Under the pieces are notes generated by a model. That model was not told where the DNA came from. It did no database searches and was given only the letters and a program-made list of their open reading frames with translations. Shown here one piece after another: positions 20,201 through 28,548 of a stretch of DNA of 64,000 nt. The stretch's first letter is position 1. Every line of letters begins with the position of its first letter. The translations under genes were made by a program, and so were the position numbers. Source of the stretch: Bacteroidales bacterium (GTDB lineage: Bacteria; Bacteroidota; Bacteroidia; Bacteroidales; WCHB1-69); contig JAFZIP010000005.1 of NCBI GenBank assembly GCA_017554325.1, positions 128,211-192,210 on the forward strand, read 5' to 3'.

Positions 20201-23200
20201 GCAACCTTCACCTACCTGCTCACGGAGCGCGACCTCGGTACGGTGGTGTTCAGGGCATACACGGCACAAAACAACCGGCAGTACGAGGATGCTTTGAGCG
20301 TCTATGTGCCCTATTCCCACAAAAAGATCGATTTCGACTTCCTCACCTTCCGTGATAAAACCGAACCCGGCAGTGCCGAGCAGTATCAAATACGGCTGAA
20401 AGACAAAAACGGCGACAAGGTGGCCGCCGAGCTGCTTTGTTCCATGTATGATGCCTCGTTGGACGCTTTTGCCTCGCCCAACTCATTCAACCGCTCCATC
20501 TTCAGCCGCTGGCACAGTCTTTACGACTATTCTTTCTCCGGTAGTATCAATAGAAATGGATTTTCAACATCTTACGGTGGATCCTTGTCCAATGCCAACA
20601 TAGGCGGAATCCGGGAACGCATTTACCCACAGTTGCAATTCCTGAACAGAGGCTACTATAGCTACGGCAGAGGAGGCGGAAGACTATACAAGACCGCTGC
20701 CGCCGCTCTCGATGGGGTGGTTTTGAATATGGTAGAAGATAATATCAGTGTAAATTCAGCCCTTGACTTTACCGCAGATGTAATGGAAGAAGCAAAAGAA
20801 ACGGGTCTCGCTGAAATGGCAGACGAGGGCGTTCACACGGAAGGCTCTCGCCAAGAAGAGCCGGAACAAAACCAAGTACGCACCAATTTCAACGAAACCG
20901 CCTTCTTCTATCCTCACCTGCGCACCGACAAAGACGGCAATGTGCTGATATCCTTCACCATGCCAGAGTCGCTGACGCGCTGGAAGCTGTTGGGATTTGC
21001 CCACAACACGGACTTGATGTCCGGCTATTTCGAGAAATATGTGCAGACCAGCAAGAAGCTGATGGTAGTGCCCAATGTACCGCGTTTCCTGCGCGAGGGC
21101 GATACGCTAATTCTGTCGGCCAAGGTGGTCAACATGGACAGCGTGACGCAATGCGGCAACGTGACGTTGCAATTTTACAACGCGATTGACGGCCAACCGG
21201 TGGATATGATATTAAATAATTCCGTAGAGACGGTGCATGCACCGTCTCTACCGGAAAACACACAACCGTTTGATGTGAAACCCGGTGCATCGCAAGAGGT
21301 CCGTTTCCGCGTGCTGGTGCCGCAGAACCTCGGAGCCGTCACCTGCCGCATCGTGGCCCGCAATCTGGAAACCCCGGCCTTTGCCGATGGCGAGGAGCGC
21401 ACCCTGCCCATCCTTACCAACCGCATTCTGGTGACCGAGAGCCTGCCGTTGCATATCTCTGGCAAGGGCAGTAAGAGCTTCACTTTCGAGCGGCTGAAGA
21501 ACAGCTTCGCCGCCAGTGCAAGTTCTACCCTCTCCACCCAGTCGCTGACACTGGAATTCACTCCCAACCCCATCTGGTACGCCATCCAAGCCATGCCTTA
21601 TTTGATGGAATATCCGTACGAATGCAACGAGCAGATTTTCAGCCGTTACTATGCCAACACCCTGGCCACCAACATCGTGAACAGTCACCCGCGCGTGAAG
21701 CAGGTGTTCGACGAATGGCTCAACACCAGTCCGGATGCTTTCTGTTCGCAGTTGGAGAAAAATCAGGAACTCAAGAGCGTCTTGTTGGAAGAGACTCCGT
21801 GGGTGCTGGATGCACAAAAAGAGTCCACGCGCAAACAGAACATCGCGTTGCTCTTTGACCTGCAGCGCATGGCCAAGGAGAACAAGAGTGCCTGCAAGAA
21901 ACTGGAAGAGCGACAGAACAGCGACGGCGGCTGGTCGTGGTTCTCCGGCGGTCAAAGCAGCGCCTACATCACCGAGCATATCGTGGCGGGCTGCGGCCAC
22001 CTCAACGCACTGGGCGTCAAGTCGGAGCTGAAATCCGCCACACTCAGAAAGGCCATCAACTACATAGACCGCGAGATGTACGACTTCTACCAGCGTTGGC
22101 AGAAGAAAGAGCACTCCTGCTCCTGGGGCGACATCCACTACCTCTACGCCCGCAGTTTCTTCCTGGATCAGAAGGTCAGCCTCACCCACCAAGAAGCGTA
22201 CAATTACAACTACAACAATATCAAGAAGAACTGGAAGAGCCAGTCCATCTACATGCAGGGCATGATTGCGCTCGTGTGTTATCGCAACGGTGACACGCAA
22301 CTGGCAAAACAGATCATCGCGAACATCAAATCCATGGCGCAGTACAGCGAGGAGATGGGCATGTTCTGGAAGAAGGCAGGCTACGGCTATTTTTGGTACG
22401 AGGCGCCGATTGAGCGGCAGGCGTTGCTCATCGAGGCTTTCAACACCATCACGCACGACACGGAGTCGGTGGAGAAGATGCAGTTGTGGCTGCTCAAGCA
22501 GAAGCAGACGCAAAGCTGGCCCACCACCAAATCGACTACGGAGGCCATCTACGCCCTGCTGCTCAACAACACGCAACTGGAGAACACCAACGGCGTGCAA
22601 CTGACCATGGGCAATTGGACCTATACCGAAGGTGCTGACACCGAGCAAGCGGAGGCCGGGACCGGATACATCAAAAAATGCTGGAAGGGCGACGAGGTGA
22701 CTGCCGACATGAGCACGATAAAGATCGAGAAGCAGACCTCCGGTCCCGCGTGGGGCGGCCTTTACTGGCAATATTTGGAGAATCTCGACAAGGTAGAGCA
22801 CAGTATGGATGGCAACTTCGGCATCCAGAAGCAACTGTACAAAGTGGAGATTGGCGAGCGCGGCGAAGTGCTCACGGCCATCACGGAGCAGTCGCCGTTG
22901 AAAGCGGGCGACAAAGTGCGCGTGCGCGTGGAAATCCGCACGGACCGCGACATGGAGTATGTGCACCTGAAAGACATGCGTGCAGCCTGCTTCGAGCCCA
23001 CGAATGTCTTGTCGGGCTACCGCCACCAGGACGGCCTGTGGTATTACGAATGTACGAAAGACGCCTCCACCAACTTCTTCATCGACTACCTGCCCAAGGG
23101 CACCTACGTGTTCGAGTACACGCTGGTGGCCACCATGACGGGCACCTACAGCAACGGACTCACCACCATCCAGTGCATGTACGCACCGGAGTTCACCTCG

Positions 23201-23233
23201 CACAGCGAAGGGATCCGGGTGAGCGTGAAGTGA
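17270..23233 (+). CDS. Alpha-2-macroglobulin family protein (thioester-containing)
   Basis: About 1987 aa from ATG 17270, with signal peptide MKKTFIILSGIILLTMNLSAQQ. The track ORF starts at 17117 and overlaps the previous gene. The thioester motif YECNEQ is present (CNEQ at 21623-21634). Confidence 0.9.
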   Translation: MKKTFIILSGIILLTMNLSAQQSPKEIKSLLDKYEQQLMRLDNGYDTVYQEIYYQIKQQYNPANRAIWHSCMAQFLNNYYQENRWRILERTPVEGGIPDDLKLWDIQTLVKQIVFHYQQSLRDEDLLIQISIREYAPLLDSVYADEYRPTLYDLLAFRALDFLSRRISEMPIPATPFDVNNGKYWSENSVFTNMNISSPDEFSFSYHSLKIMQTLTQLHLNDIDPHALLDVTLRRYEYLSSNCTLENASETHLKELLKLEQQYRNRTGHEMVAYQLGEYYQKRGSSYDKNTHPEYANDYVTAIEWFQKAIDDDPKSLEGRNSQVEINQIQQSSIGFSVVNIMPVGKSNLINFNYKNSRYIYFRIIPITDAEYTQLMRSNRFYQDLIAKKNIYETSFAAPDEKDYRMKSGHFLLPAMKQGLYILLASNAPFSSNSMGDYAYTKVRISNLAVNYRSNGTLYEFFATDRSTGRPIEGVNVSVQTFSDYQHKKQLSHYKLTTDKNGRCEYRFADKEIGRLRVTVSKSGEEFTLIENNWMEKPYSGSRDDLRTYIFTDRTIYRPGQTVYYKGIVVKETSESGHYRTVSKDVAIAEIENVILKDANWQDIEKVDVTTNEYGSFSGSFVLPTSGLNGTFHIHCNHGSADIQVEEYKRPTFEVEMEQPKEQFKIDQEVKVSGTVKAYAGYALEGATVKYNVVREASFPWWRWWWYSPSSPSQQIASGEVTTDADGKFLIQFTALPDLESQRYNPLYRYKITVDVTDITGETHSANTSVLVSKNSLMINSDLPEHLFTSDKNAFAVKATNLAGEPQKAVLHYEIAALQTPAEYLNECPSHDFYLSDSTAMKKALPYLDFQNKRRMENWEGDIVCGGEFEADGKRIFSIPNLEKLAEGTYKITFTTRDQDRNEITQENFFTLHNEKSKKSVAYKPLWIHQQNGETSEVGETIHVTIETYLKDASVLCEIFSNDKLIESKWVNLDRGKATFTYLLTERDLGTVVFRAYTAQNNRQYEDALSVYVPYSHKKIDFDFLTFRDKTEPGSAEQYQIRLKDKNGDKVAAELLCSMYDASLDAFASPNSFNRSIFSRWHSLYDYSFSGSINRNGFSTSYGGSLSNANIGGIRERIYPQLQFLNRGYYSYGRGGGRLYKTAAAALDGVVLNMVEDNISVNSALDFTADVMEEAKETGLAEMADEGVHTEGSRQEEPEQNQVRTNFNETAFFYPHLRTDKDGNVLISFTMPESLTRWKLLGFAHNTDLMSGYFEKYVQTSKKLMVVPNVPRFLREGDTLILSAKVVNMDSVTQCGNVTLQFYNAIDGQPVDMILNNSVETVHAPSLPENTQPFDVKPGASQEVRFRVLVPQNLGAVTCRIVARNLETPAFADGEERTLPILTNRILVTESLPLHISGKGSKSFTFERLKNSFAASASSTLSTQSLTLEFTPNPIWYAIQAMPYLMEYPYECNEQIFSRYYANTLATNIVNSHPRVKQVFDEWLNTSPDAFCSQLEKNQELKSVLLEETPWVLDAQKESTRKQNIALLFDLQRMAKENKSACKKLEERQNSDGGWSWFSGGQSSAYITEHIVAGCGHLNALGVKSELKSATLRKAINYIDREMYDFYQRWQKKEHSCSWGDIHYLYARSFFLDQKVSLTHQEAYNYNYNNIKKNWKSQSIYMQGMIALVCYRNGDTQLAKQIIANIKSMAQYSEEMGMFWKKAGYGYFWYEAPIERQALLIEAFNTITHDTESVEKMQLWLLKQKQTQSWPTTKSTTEAIYALLLNNTQLENTNGVQLTMGNWTYTEGADTEQAEAGTGYIKKCWKGDEVTADMSTIKIEKQTSGPAWGGLYWQYLENLDKVEHSMDGNFGIQKQLYKVEIGERGEVLTAITEQSPLKAGDKVRVRVEIRTDRDMEYVHLKDMRAACFEPTNVLSGYRHQDGLWYYECTKDASTNFFIDYLPKGTYVFEYTLVATMTGTYSNGLTTIQCMYAPEFTSHSEGIRVSVK

Positions 23234-23358
23234 TGGACATCGAGGTCCCATCTCTTCGAGATGATTATTGCGTGTGAGCATCAGCATTGCCACACCGCAT
23301 CTGCCGGCTCACTCACTGCACTACACGGCGGTAGCACCACACTGCCCTCCGCTTGTAT

Positions 23359-23401
23359 GGTGTTATTTGCACTGCGTGCGTGTCGCCTCTCCGAGGCGAT
23401 G
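23359..23401. promoter_or_regulatory. Conserved non-coding block, copy A (GGTGTTATTTGCACTGCGTGCGTGTCGCCTCTCCGAGGCGATG)
   Basis: Nearly identical to 32595-32637. Contains mini-hairpins GCAC-TGC-GTGC and CGCCTC-TCC-GAGGCG. Confidence 0.5.
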
Positions 23402-23487
23402 CACACCGTCACGAAACTGCTTACGGAACATCGGGCTTGTTTTGTCGCAATTATTTCTATTTTTGCGGAAATATTTCTGCAACGATT

Positions 23488-23600
23488 ATGCCCACCCTCA
23501 CCATCCGACACAAACGACACTGGTACGAGCCGAAGCTACCGCACGCGGTCTTCCTCAACGGCTACTATGCCGGCACGCTGAAGGGTGGCCAACTGCATAT
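23488..23600 (+). pseudogene. 5' stub (first ~36 codons) of a paralog of the small membrane protein gene at 32737-33204
   Basis: MPTLTIRHKRHWYEPKLPHAVFLNGYYAGTLKGGQL matches MPTLTIRHKRHWYEPKLLHAVFLNGYYAGTLKDGRL. The promoter block TTGTTTTGTCGCAATTATTTCTATTTTTGC is also shared. Homology ends about 26 nt before the convergent TamB-like stop. Confidence 0.7.
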
Positions 23601-23625
23601 GTGTAGGATATTCAAGTTTTTTTCA

Positions 23626-26600
23626 TCAGAACGGATAGCCTATGCTGAAGTTGAGGCGCAGGGCATCCAAGACAGATGGTATATTGTAATAGGTATTGAT
23701 CGGTTTAGAGAGATCAGGTGTGCCTTCCTTGGTATATTTGTATGTCTGGTATGGTGCGTGGATACCAACACCTAAGTCCAAACGGATAACAAGACCGTCG
23801 ATGTCGAGGCGGAGTCCAGCGCCGGTGCCCAAGGCTATCTGTTTCGCAAAATTGGGATTTCCGATAATCCCGTCCTGCAGATCTTCAGTCAATTCCAAAG
23901 CCTCGACAAGTAACGCATATTCCTCGCTACTGAGGATGTCGGAGGTGTTATGCCACTCCCATACATTGCCAGCATCAAGAAAAAGGGCACCATAGAGTTT
24001 CCAAACGATGGGGAAACGCAGCTCGAAGTTGGCTTCCAGTTTTACATCTCCAGCATGGTAAACATTCTGGTTATGTTGAGCACTATGGAAATTTCCCGGT
24101 CCATAGGCGTAGGGTTCGGACGCGCGCAAGCTGTTGGGACCGCCGGCATAGAAGGCTTCGGAAAGCGGAGCATAGTTGGAGGAGTTACCCAGCGGAATAT
24201 TAGCGCCTGCAAAAAGACGCGTTGCAATACACACTCTATCCGTCAGGTTGAACTTATTCCACAGTTCGGCCGTCAACCTGACAAACTGGTCGAAGGGGAT
24301 TTTGCCAATCGATTTGCTCTGCTCGCCCCACCCATGTCCAAAAATGCAATAAATGGCGTTAGTCAGGTTACCTGCTTCTTTGACTTCACAGTCGAACATG
24401 GTATTGACTCGACGTTTGGAGCGGTAATCGCTATAGGTAAACCCATAGCCAACTGAAGGGACAAACTCGTTTCCGGCAAGCAGCTTGATAAGTTCCGACT
24501 GGTCAACTGCATTATTAATAAGATCTGGTGACTCGACCTTCACTCTGACTATAGAGAGCGATGCCGGCGTGAAGACATGCGTGACACGGCTAGACGAGCG
24601 GATAAAATACGAAAAGGCTCCGGAGAACTTGTGAACACCGTATCCACCTGCTATGTTCTCGTACTTGTATCCTATTCGGTAGCGAGTATCACCGTCAGGG
24701 TTGTTGTCACCCACCCAGTGCAGATATGGGAAAATGAGTGCGGCATCCACTCCGAATTTATAGGTGTCGTTTTCTTTCGGGTCTCCCGGTTGTCGTTCGC
24801 GCAGCGACCAATAGTACGCCCCATAGCCTTTGACCAGGAATGTCTCTCCGCGGCCCAAGAGGTTCCGCATTGAATGGGCGAGGGTGAGGTTAGGGCCGAT
24901 GCTGTTGTTGGAACGATAAGCAATATCCGCATCTGCTTTGAGGTTGTATGTACGCGTGATAGAATCGCCCAATGAAGGTGAGAATCGGTTGCGCTTCCAT
25001 TGCTTGGTAGCCACCACACCTATACCGGACTTAGTGAGTTCGCCTTCAAAGATATTGTCATAATCGCGCTGGGAGAACATGCGCAGACAAACATTACCGG
25101 ACTGTGTCAGTTTATAGTCTGCGGATATAAGGCTGAACAACCCATTGGCTTTATTGACCTCCGGATTGTCGGAGATGGTGGAGCCGACCGTGATGCGCAG
25201 TTTATCATTGAACAGGGATTTGCTGATGGCTATGTTCATGTCCTTGGTCTTGCCAGAGGCATGCACGGTTTCCCCGCTACTGATATCGACATCTACTATC
25301 TTCCCCATCTTGGAATTAGCCATAGCAGCATTGAGACGGCTGTTGATGATGCTGGACAGGGTATATCCTTCCTTTTGCGCAGCCACATTGCTTTCGCCCA
25401 TATACATTCCGGTAGTCAGCAATACGGCTGCCATACCTTCCCGCGTGTCCTCATCCATAGATGCGAGTTCTCGCGTGATGGTCTCGTCTTCGGGCGCTTC
25501 GAGGAAGAAGCCTATGGCGTTAAGACCTAAAGAATCAAGCATTCCGTTCACACGCACGCCTGTGTTGAAAAGCACACGACGGGTCTCTTCGCCCTCCGAT
25601 TGCACATCCGCTTTCACCTGCTGCGAAGCAGAGGCGTTTACCATCGCCTGTCCTAAAGGGCCATTGAAGGCGACATGGCTTCCTGAATCCACATAGAAGG
25701 GCATGATGGGATATAAATCGGGAGAATAGCGAACAATTCCTTCGTCTATGTTGATCTGTCCTCCCAGATTAAGTTCCCCTTCAGCAGTATTATACTTCAC
25801 GTTGACCGTACCTTGCGGTTTGACTTGCGCCAGATTCTTTTTATCTATCGGATAGGTGAGATCGGTGGAGGGCAGGATGGTGATATCCAAGTCAGCGAGG
25901 ATACTGTCAAGCGGTCCGGACACCCGTCCACGGATATCAGTGGCCAGGTCGCCATAGACGGGTAAAACGCCTTGCGGTTCCAGCGTCAACGGGGAGAAAT
26001 TGTCGGCAGCTAAATCGATATTCAAGCGCATCGTATTGAGATCAAACCCACCGTTGACAGTCACAAAGGAACTATCGGCGCAATAGAAGTGCAAATCGTT
26101 AAATTCACAATTGTTGTGTTTCATTACGATGGGCGTCTCAGCCATATTCAACAACACTTCGTATGGTTTGTAATAGACCGTCACATCTAACGGGAGCACT
26201 TCGGCGGAGAGGTCCAGTTGTGCAGGCAAACCGTCTGCGGTAGCCTTCGCCCGAGCGATACCGTCGAGGTCGATGTCCTCCATGTCAAGGATGTTGTCCA
26301 CCAGTTCAAGCGGGATATCGTCTAACCGCAAATCTGCCCTGATAGCATTTTCATACTGTTCCGATGGGGAAATCCTGATGTCTGCCGTTCGGCTTCCGAG
26401 ATCCATTTCATCGTATTTGAGGCTGTCCAGCGCAATGTGTCCCGTTCCTTTCAGCTCACGCCCGTTCCGTTCCAGATTCAATTGCAGCGCTGCATCGGTG
26501 CAGAGATCATTTACACTCATCACGCCATCTGTAATGGTGGAATTGGCTGTGAGCGAGGCGGTGGTCCTGCCTTCCGTCATGTTTACCCGCATCGATGCCA

Positions 26601-28428
26601 TGGCAGCGGGCAGACGCAATCCCGCACTATCGTCCGAATGGTCAATATACGGAATGGAAGCATCCAACGCCAGGTCTGATTGGAGAGAATCTGATTTCAA
26701 CGAGAGATTCAACTCTGTGATATCCATCCCTATTCGCTCGATGAAAGCTTGAACGGGACTACCTTTCTTCAGCTCTATTTCCGCCTGCAGATCTGGTATA
26801 AGCCTGCGGAGCGTATCCAGCATCGTCAGGTCCTGCAGCGAGGTAATAGTCTGAACAAACGTTGTGTCGGCAACGGCCGCCAGCAGCGGCTGCACTTCAT
26901 CCACCAGCTGGAGAACTTGCATCGGGCTTTGCGCATCAATGGTAAGTCCACGCGTAGCCAAATACAACGTTGTGGTGCTATCCGTGGTAAAATCAAGATT
27001 CAGCGCGTCAACATCAAAAATCTCGCCCGCCACATGTGCCACCACATTCTTCATCTGCGTATGGTAGTCCACATTCATCCGCTCGGGCGTGAAGAAGTCT
27101 GACACACGGAACTGATGCTCCGTCTCTGCATTCAGACGAAGATCATGGTCGGTCATCTTAACGGGCAAATGCAGGTTCCCGACCACTGTTTTATTGGCCA
27201 GTTCGGCGTCCAGCATGAGGCCGGAAGCATTGATCTGATTATAGATGCAATTGGTCAGGTTCATGGCCACCTTGCACTTCATCGCAGAGGAATGAATATC
27301 TATACCTTTCCCCTGCGCATGTATTATGCCTGCCATTTCCACATGGGTACTGTCTTTGAGGAATGGATTCAGATTCACTTGACTGACATTCACCAGCAAA
27401 TCATACATCTCATCATCAATATCATAGAATCCTCTCAAATTTGCCTTATTGCCGAGATAATCGGCATTGCCAGCCAAATCCACCCGCATCGTCTCCAGAT
27501 TCAGCAACGTGCCCGTCAGGTCTGCTTTTGCTCCAAACGAGTTGGAGCGGGCGTATAATCGGTTCGAGCTAATCAGGTCGGTGTTCAGATCCACTAAAGC
27601 ATCTCCATAGATTGTATCAAAAGGCAGATACAGTGTCCCGAGCGTAAGCGAAGCATTCCCGATATTCAGGCGACGTGCATCGTAGCGGTCGCCACCCACA
27701 TCTGCCAAAACATTCGTAGTCAGCGTGCCGGCACGTAAATCCAGTCCCATCGGATTGAGCAGGAACCGCACGTTGCGCAACTCACCATCCTGCACATCGA
27801 AAGCCATCGGAGTAGATGTGGTGTCATCTGGATCGGAGGATGTGTCGCGCAGCTCTATACCCACAAACGCATCCGCCATCTTCAAGCCGTGTAGCGGGTA
27901 ATCACCCTTCGCGATATTGAGTCCCGGACTTTTAACATTCAGATGTCTCAAAATTACATCAACACCTACTGCGTCTATCATGGTGTCGGAATGGAGGGTC
28001 GTCTGTTCCAGCAGCAGTTGGTCCACCACGATGTTGCGGGCAGTCAGGTCTGTATTCGAAATTCCGCTCTCAGGCTTCTTCACATTGCCTTGCAGGCGCA
28101 AGGTATGCACGTAGATCAGTGTATCCTGACCGCGATGACCTATATAGAGGCTGTCTATTTCGACACGCAACGGCAGGTCTTCTTTGCCCTTATAGGCACG
28201 GTAGAGAATCATCGGAGAATGATGGAATGGCGACAAGTAGAGCCGTCCCAGATCCACATCCCAGTCGGTCCGCTCATTGACCACCTCCACGCATTTATGC
28301 AGGACAGCCGTGCGGGCCTTGGGCGTCACCAGAATAACCGTTACCGTAATCAACAGCAACAGCACTATTCCCAAGATGACACCTAAAACGATGCAGGGTA
28401 TTTTCCAGATCAGTCTCTTCTTGCTCAC
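23626..28428 (-). CDS. TamB/AsmA-like protein fused to a C-terminal Omp85-family beta-barrel (single 1600-aa ORF)
   Basis: GTG start and an N-terminal signal-anchor (IPCIVLGVILGIVLLLLITVTVILV). A long beta-rich body ends in a DUF490-like tail (KLRITVGSTISD...ADYKLTQSGNVCLRMFSQRD). The last ~454 aa (encoded at about 23629-24990) carry Omp85 barrel motifs RNLLGRGETF, FYAGGPNSLRA, LEANFELRFPI..GALFLDAGNVW and GTGAGLRLD, plus a terminal aromatic (GYPF). Confidence 0.8.
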   Translation of the reverse strand: MSKKRLIWKIPCIVLGVILGIVLLLLITVTVILVTPKARTAVLHKCVEVVNERTDWDVDLGRLYLSPFHHSPMILYRAYKGKEDLPLRVEIDSLYIGHRGQDTLIYVHTLRLQGNVKKPESGISNTDLTARNIVVDQLLLEQTTLHSDTMIDAVGVDVILRHLNVKSPGLNIAKGDYPLHGLKMADAFVGIELRDTSSDPDDTTSTPMAFDVQDGELRNVRFLLNPMGLDLRAGTLTTNVLADVGGDRYDARRLNIGNASLTLGTLYLPFDTIYGDALVDLNTDLISSNRLYARSNSFGAKADLTGTLLNLETMRVDLAGNADYLGNKANLRGFYDIDDEMYDLLVNVSQVNLNPFLKDSTHVEMAGIIHAQGKGIDIHSSAMKCKVAMNLTNCIYNQINASGLMLDAELANKTVVGNLHLPVKMTDHDLRLNAETEHQFRVSDFFTPERMNVDYHTQMKNVVAHVAGEIFDVDALNLDFTTDSTTTLYLATRGLTIDAQSPMQVLQLVDEVQPLLAAVADTTFVQTITSLQDLTMLDTLRRLIPDLQAEIELKKGSPVQAFIERIGMDITELNLSLKSDSLQSDLALDASIPYIDHSDDSAGLRLPAAMASMRVNMTEGRTTASLTANSTITDGVMSVNDLCTDAALQLNLERNGRELKGTGHIALDSLKYDEMDLGSRTADIRISPSEQYENAIRADLRLDDIPLELVDNILDMEDIDLDGIARAKATADGLPAQLDLSAEVLPLDVTVYYKPYEVLLNMAETPIVMKHNNCEFNDLHFYCADSSFVTVNGGFDLNTMRLNIDLAADNFSPLTLEPQGVLPVYGDLATDIRGRVSGPLDSILADLDITILPSTDLTYPIDKKNLAQVKPQGTVNVKYNTAEGELNLGGQINIDEGIVRYSPDLYPIMPFYVDSGSHVAFNGPLGQAMVNASASQQVKADVQSEGEETRRVLFNTGVRVNGMLDSLGLNAIGFFLEAPEDETITRELASMDEDTREGMAAVLLTTGMYMGESNVAAQKEGYTLSSIINSRLNAAMANSKMGKIVDVDISSGETVHASGKTKDMNIAISKSLFNDKLRITVGSTISDNPEVNKANGLFSLISADYKLTQSGNVCLRMFSQRDYDNIFEGELTKSGIGVVATKQWKRNRFSPSLGDSITRTYNLKADADIAYRSNNSIGPNLTLAHSMRNLLGRGETFLVKGYGAYYWSLRERQPGDPKENDTYKFGVDAALIFPYLHWVGDNNPDGDTRYRIGYKYENIAGGYGVHKFSGAFSYFIRSSSRVTHVFTPASLSIVRVKVESPDLINNAVDQSELIKLLAGNEFVPSVGYGFTYSDYRSKRRVNTMFDCEVKEAGNLTNAIYCIFGHGWGEQSKSIGKIPFDQFVRLTAELWNKFNLTDRVCIATRLFAGANIPLGNSSNYAPLSEAFYAGGPNSLRASEPYAYGPGNFHSAQHNQNVYHAGDVKLEANFELRFPIVWKLYGALFLDAGNVWEWHNTSDILSSEEYALLVEALELTEDLQDGIIGNPNFAKQIALGTGAGLRLDIDGLVIRLDLGVGIHAPYQTYKYTKEGTPDLSKPINTYYNIPSVLDALRLNFSIGYPF

Positions 28429-28548
28429 GCTTTATTCTTCTCCTTTTATGGCTTGATTTAGTATTCGGGACAACGACCGTTTTCCCAATCGAATCCGTTA
28501 AATGCAATAATACTTGGTCAGGAAATAAGTCAACACTTTCCTATCACC

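Noticed and set aside
21248-23293. 681-aa ORF on the minus strand inside the alpha-2-macroglobulin gene.
   Set aside because: It is a shadow ORF antisense to a gene with strong family motifs. The translation is low-complexity (Arg/Gly/Leu/His/Val-rich) with no recognisable domain.
23353-23775. 140-aa ORF that could be read as an intact small gene between A2M and the TamB-like gene.
   Set aside because: Only 36 codons after an internal Met are homologous to the 32737 gene. The remainder is antisense to the TamB-like 3' end. I treat it as a truncated stub.
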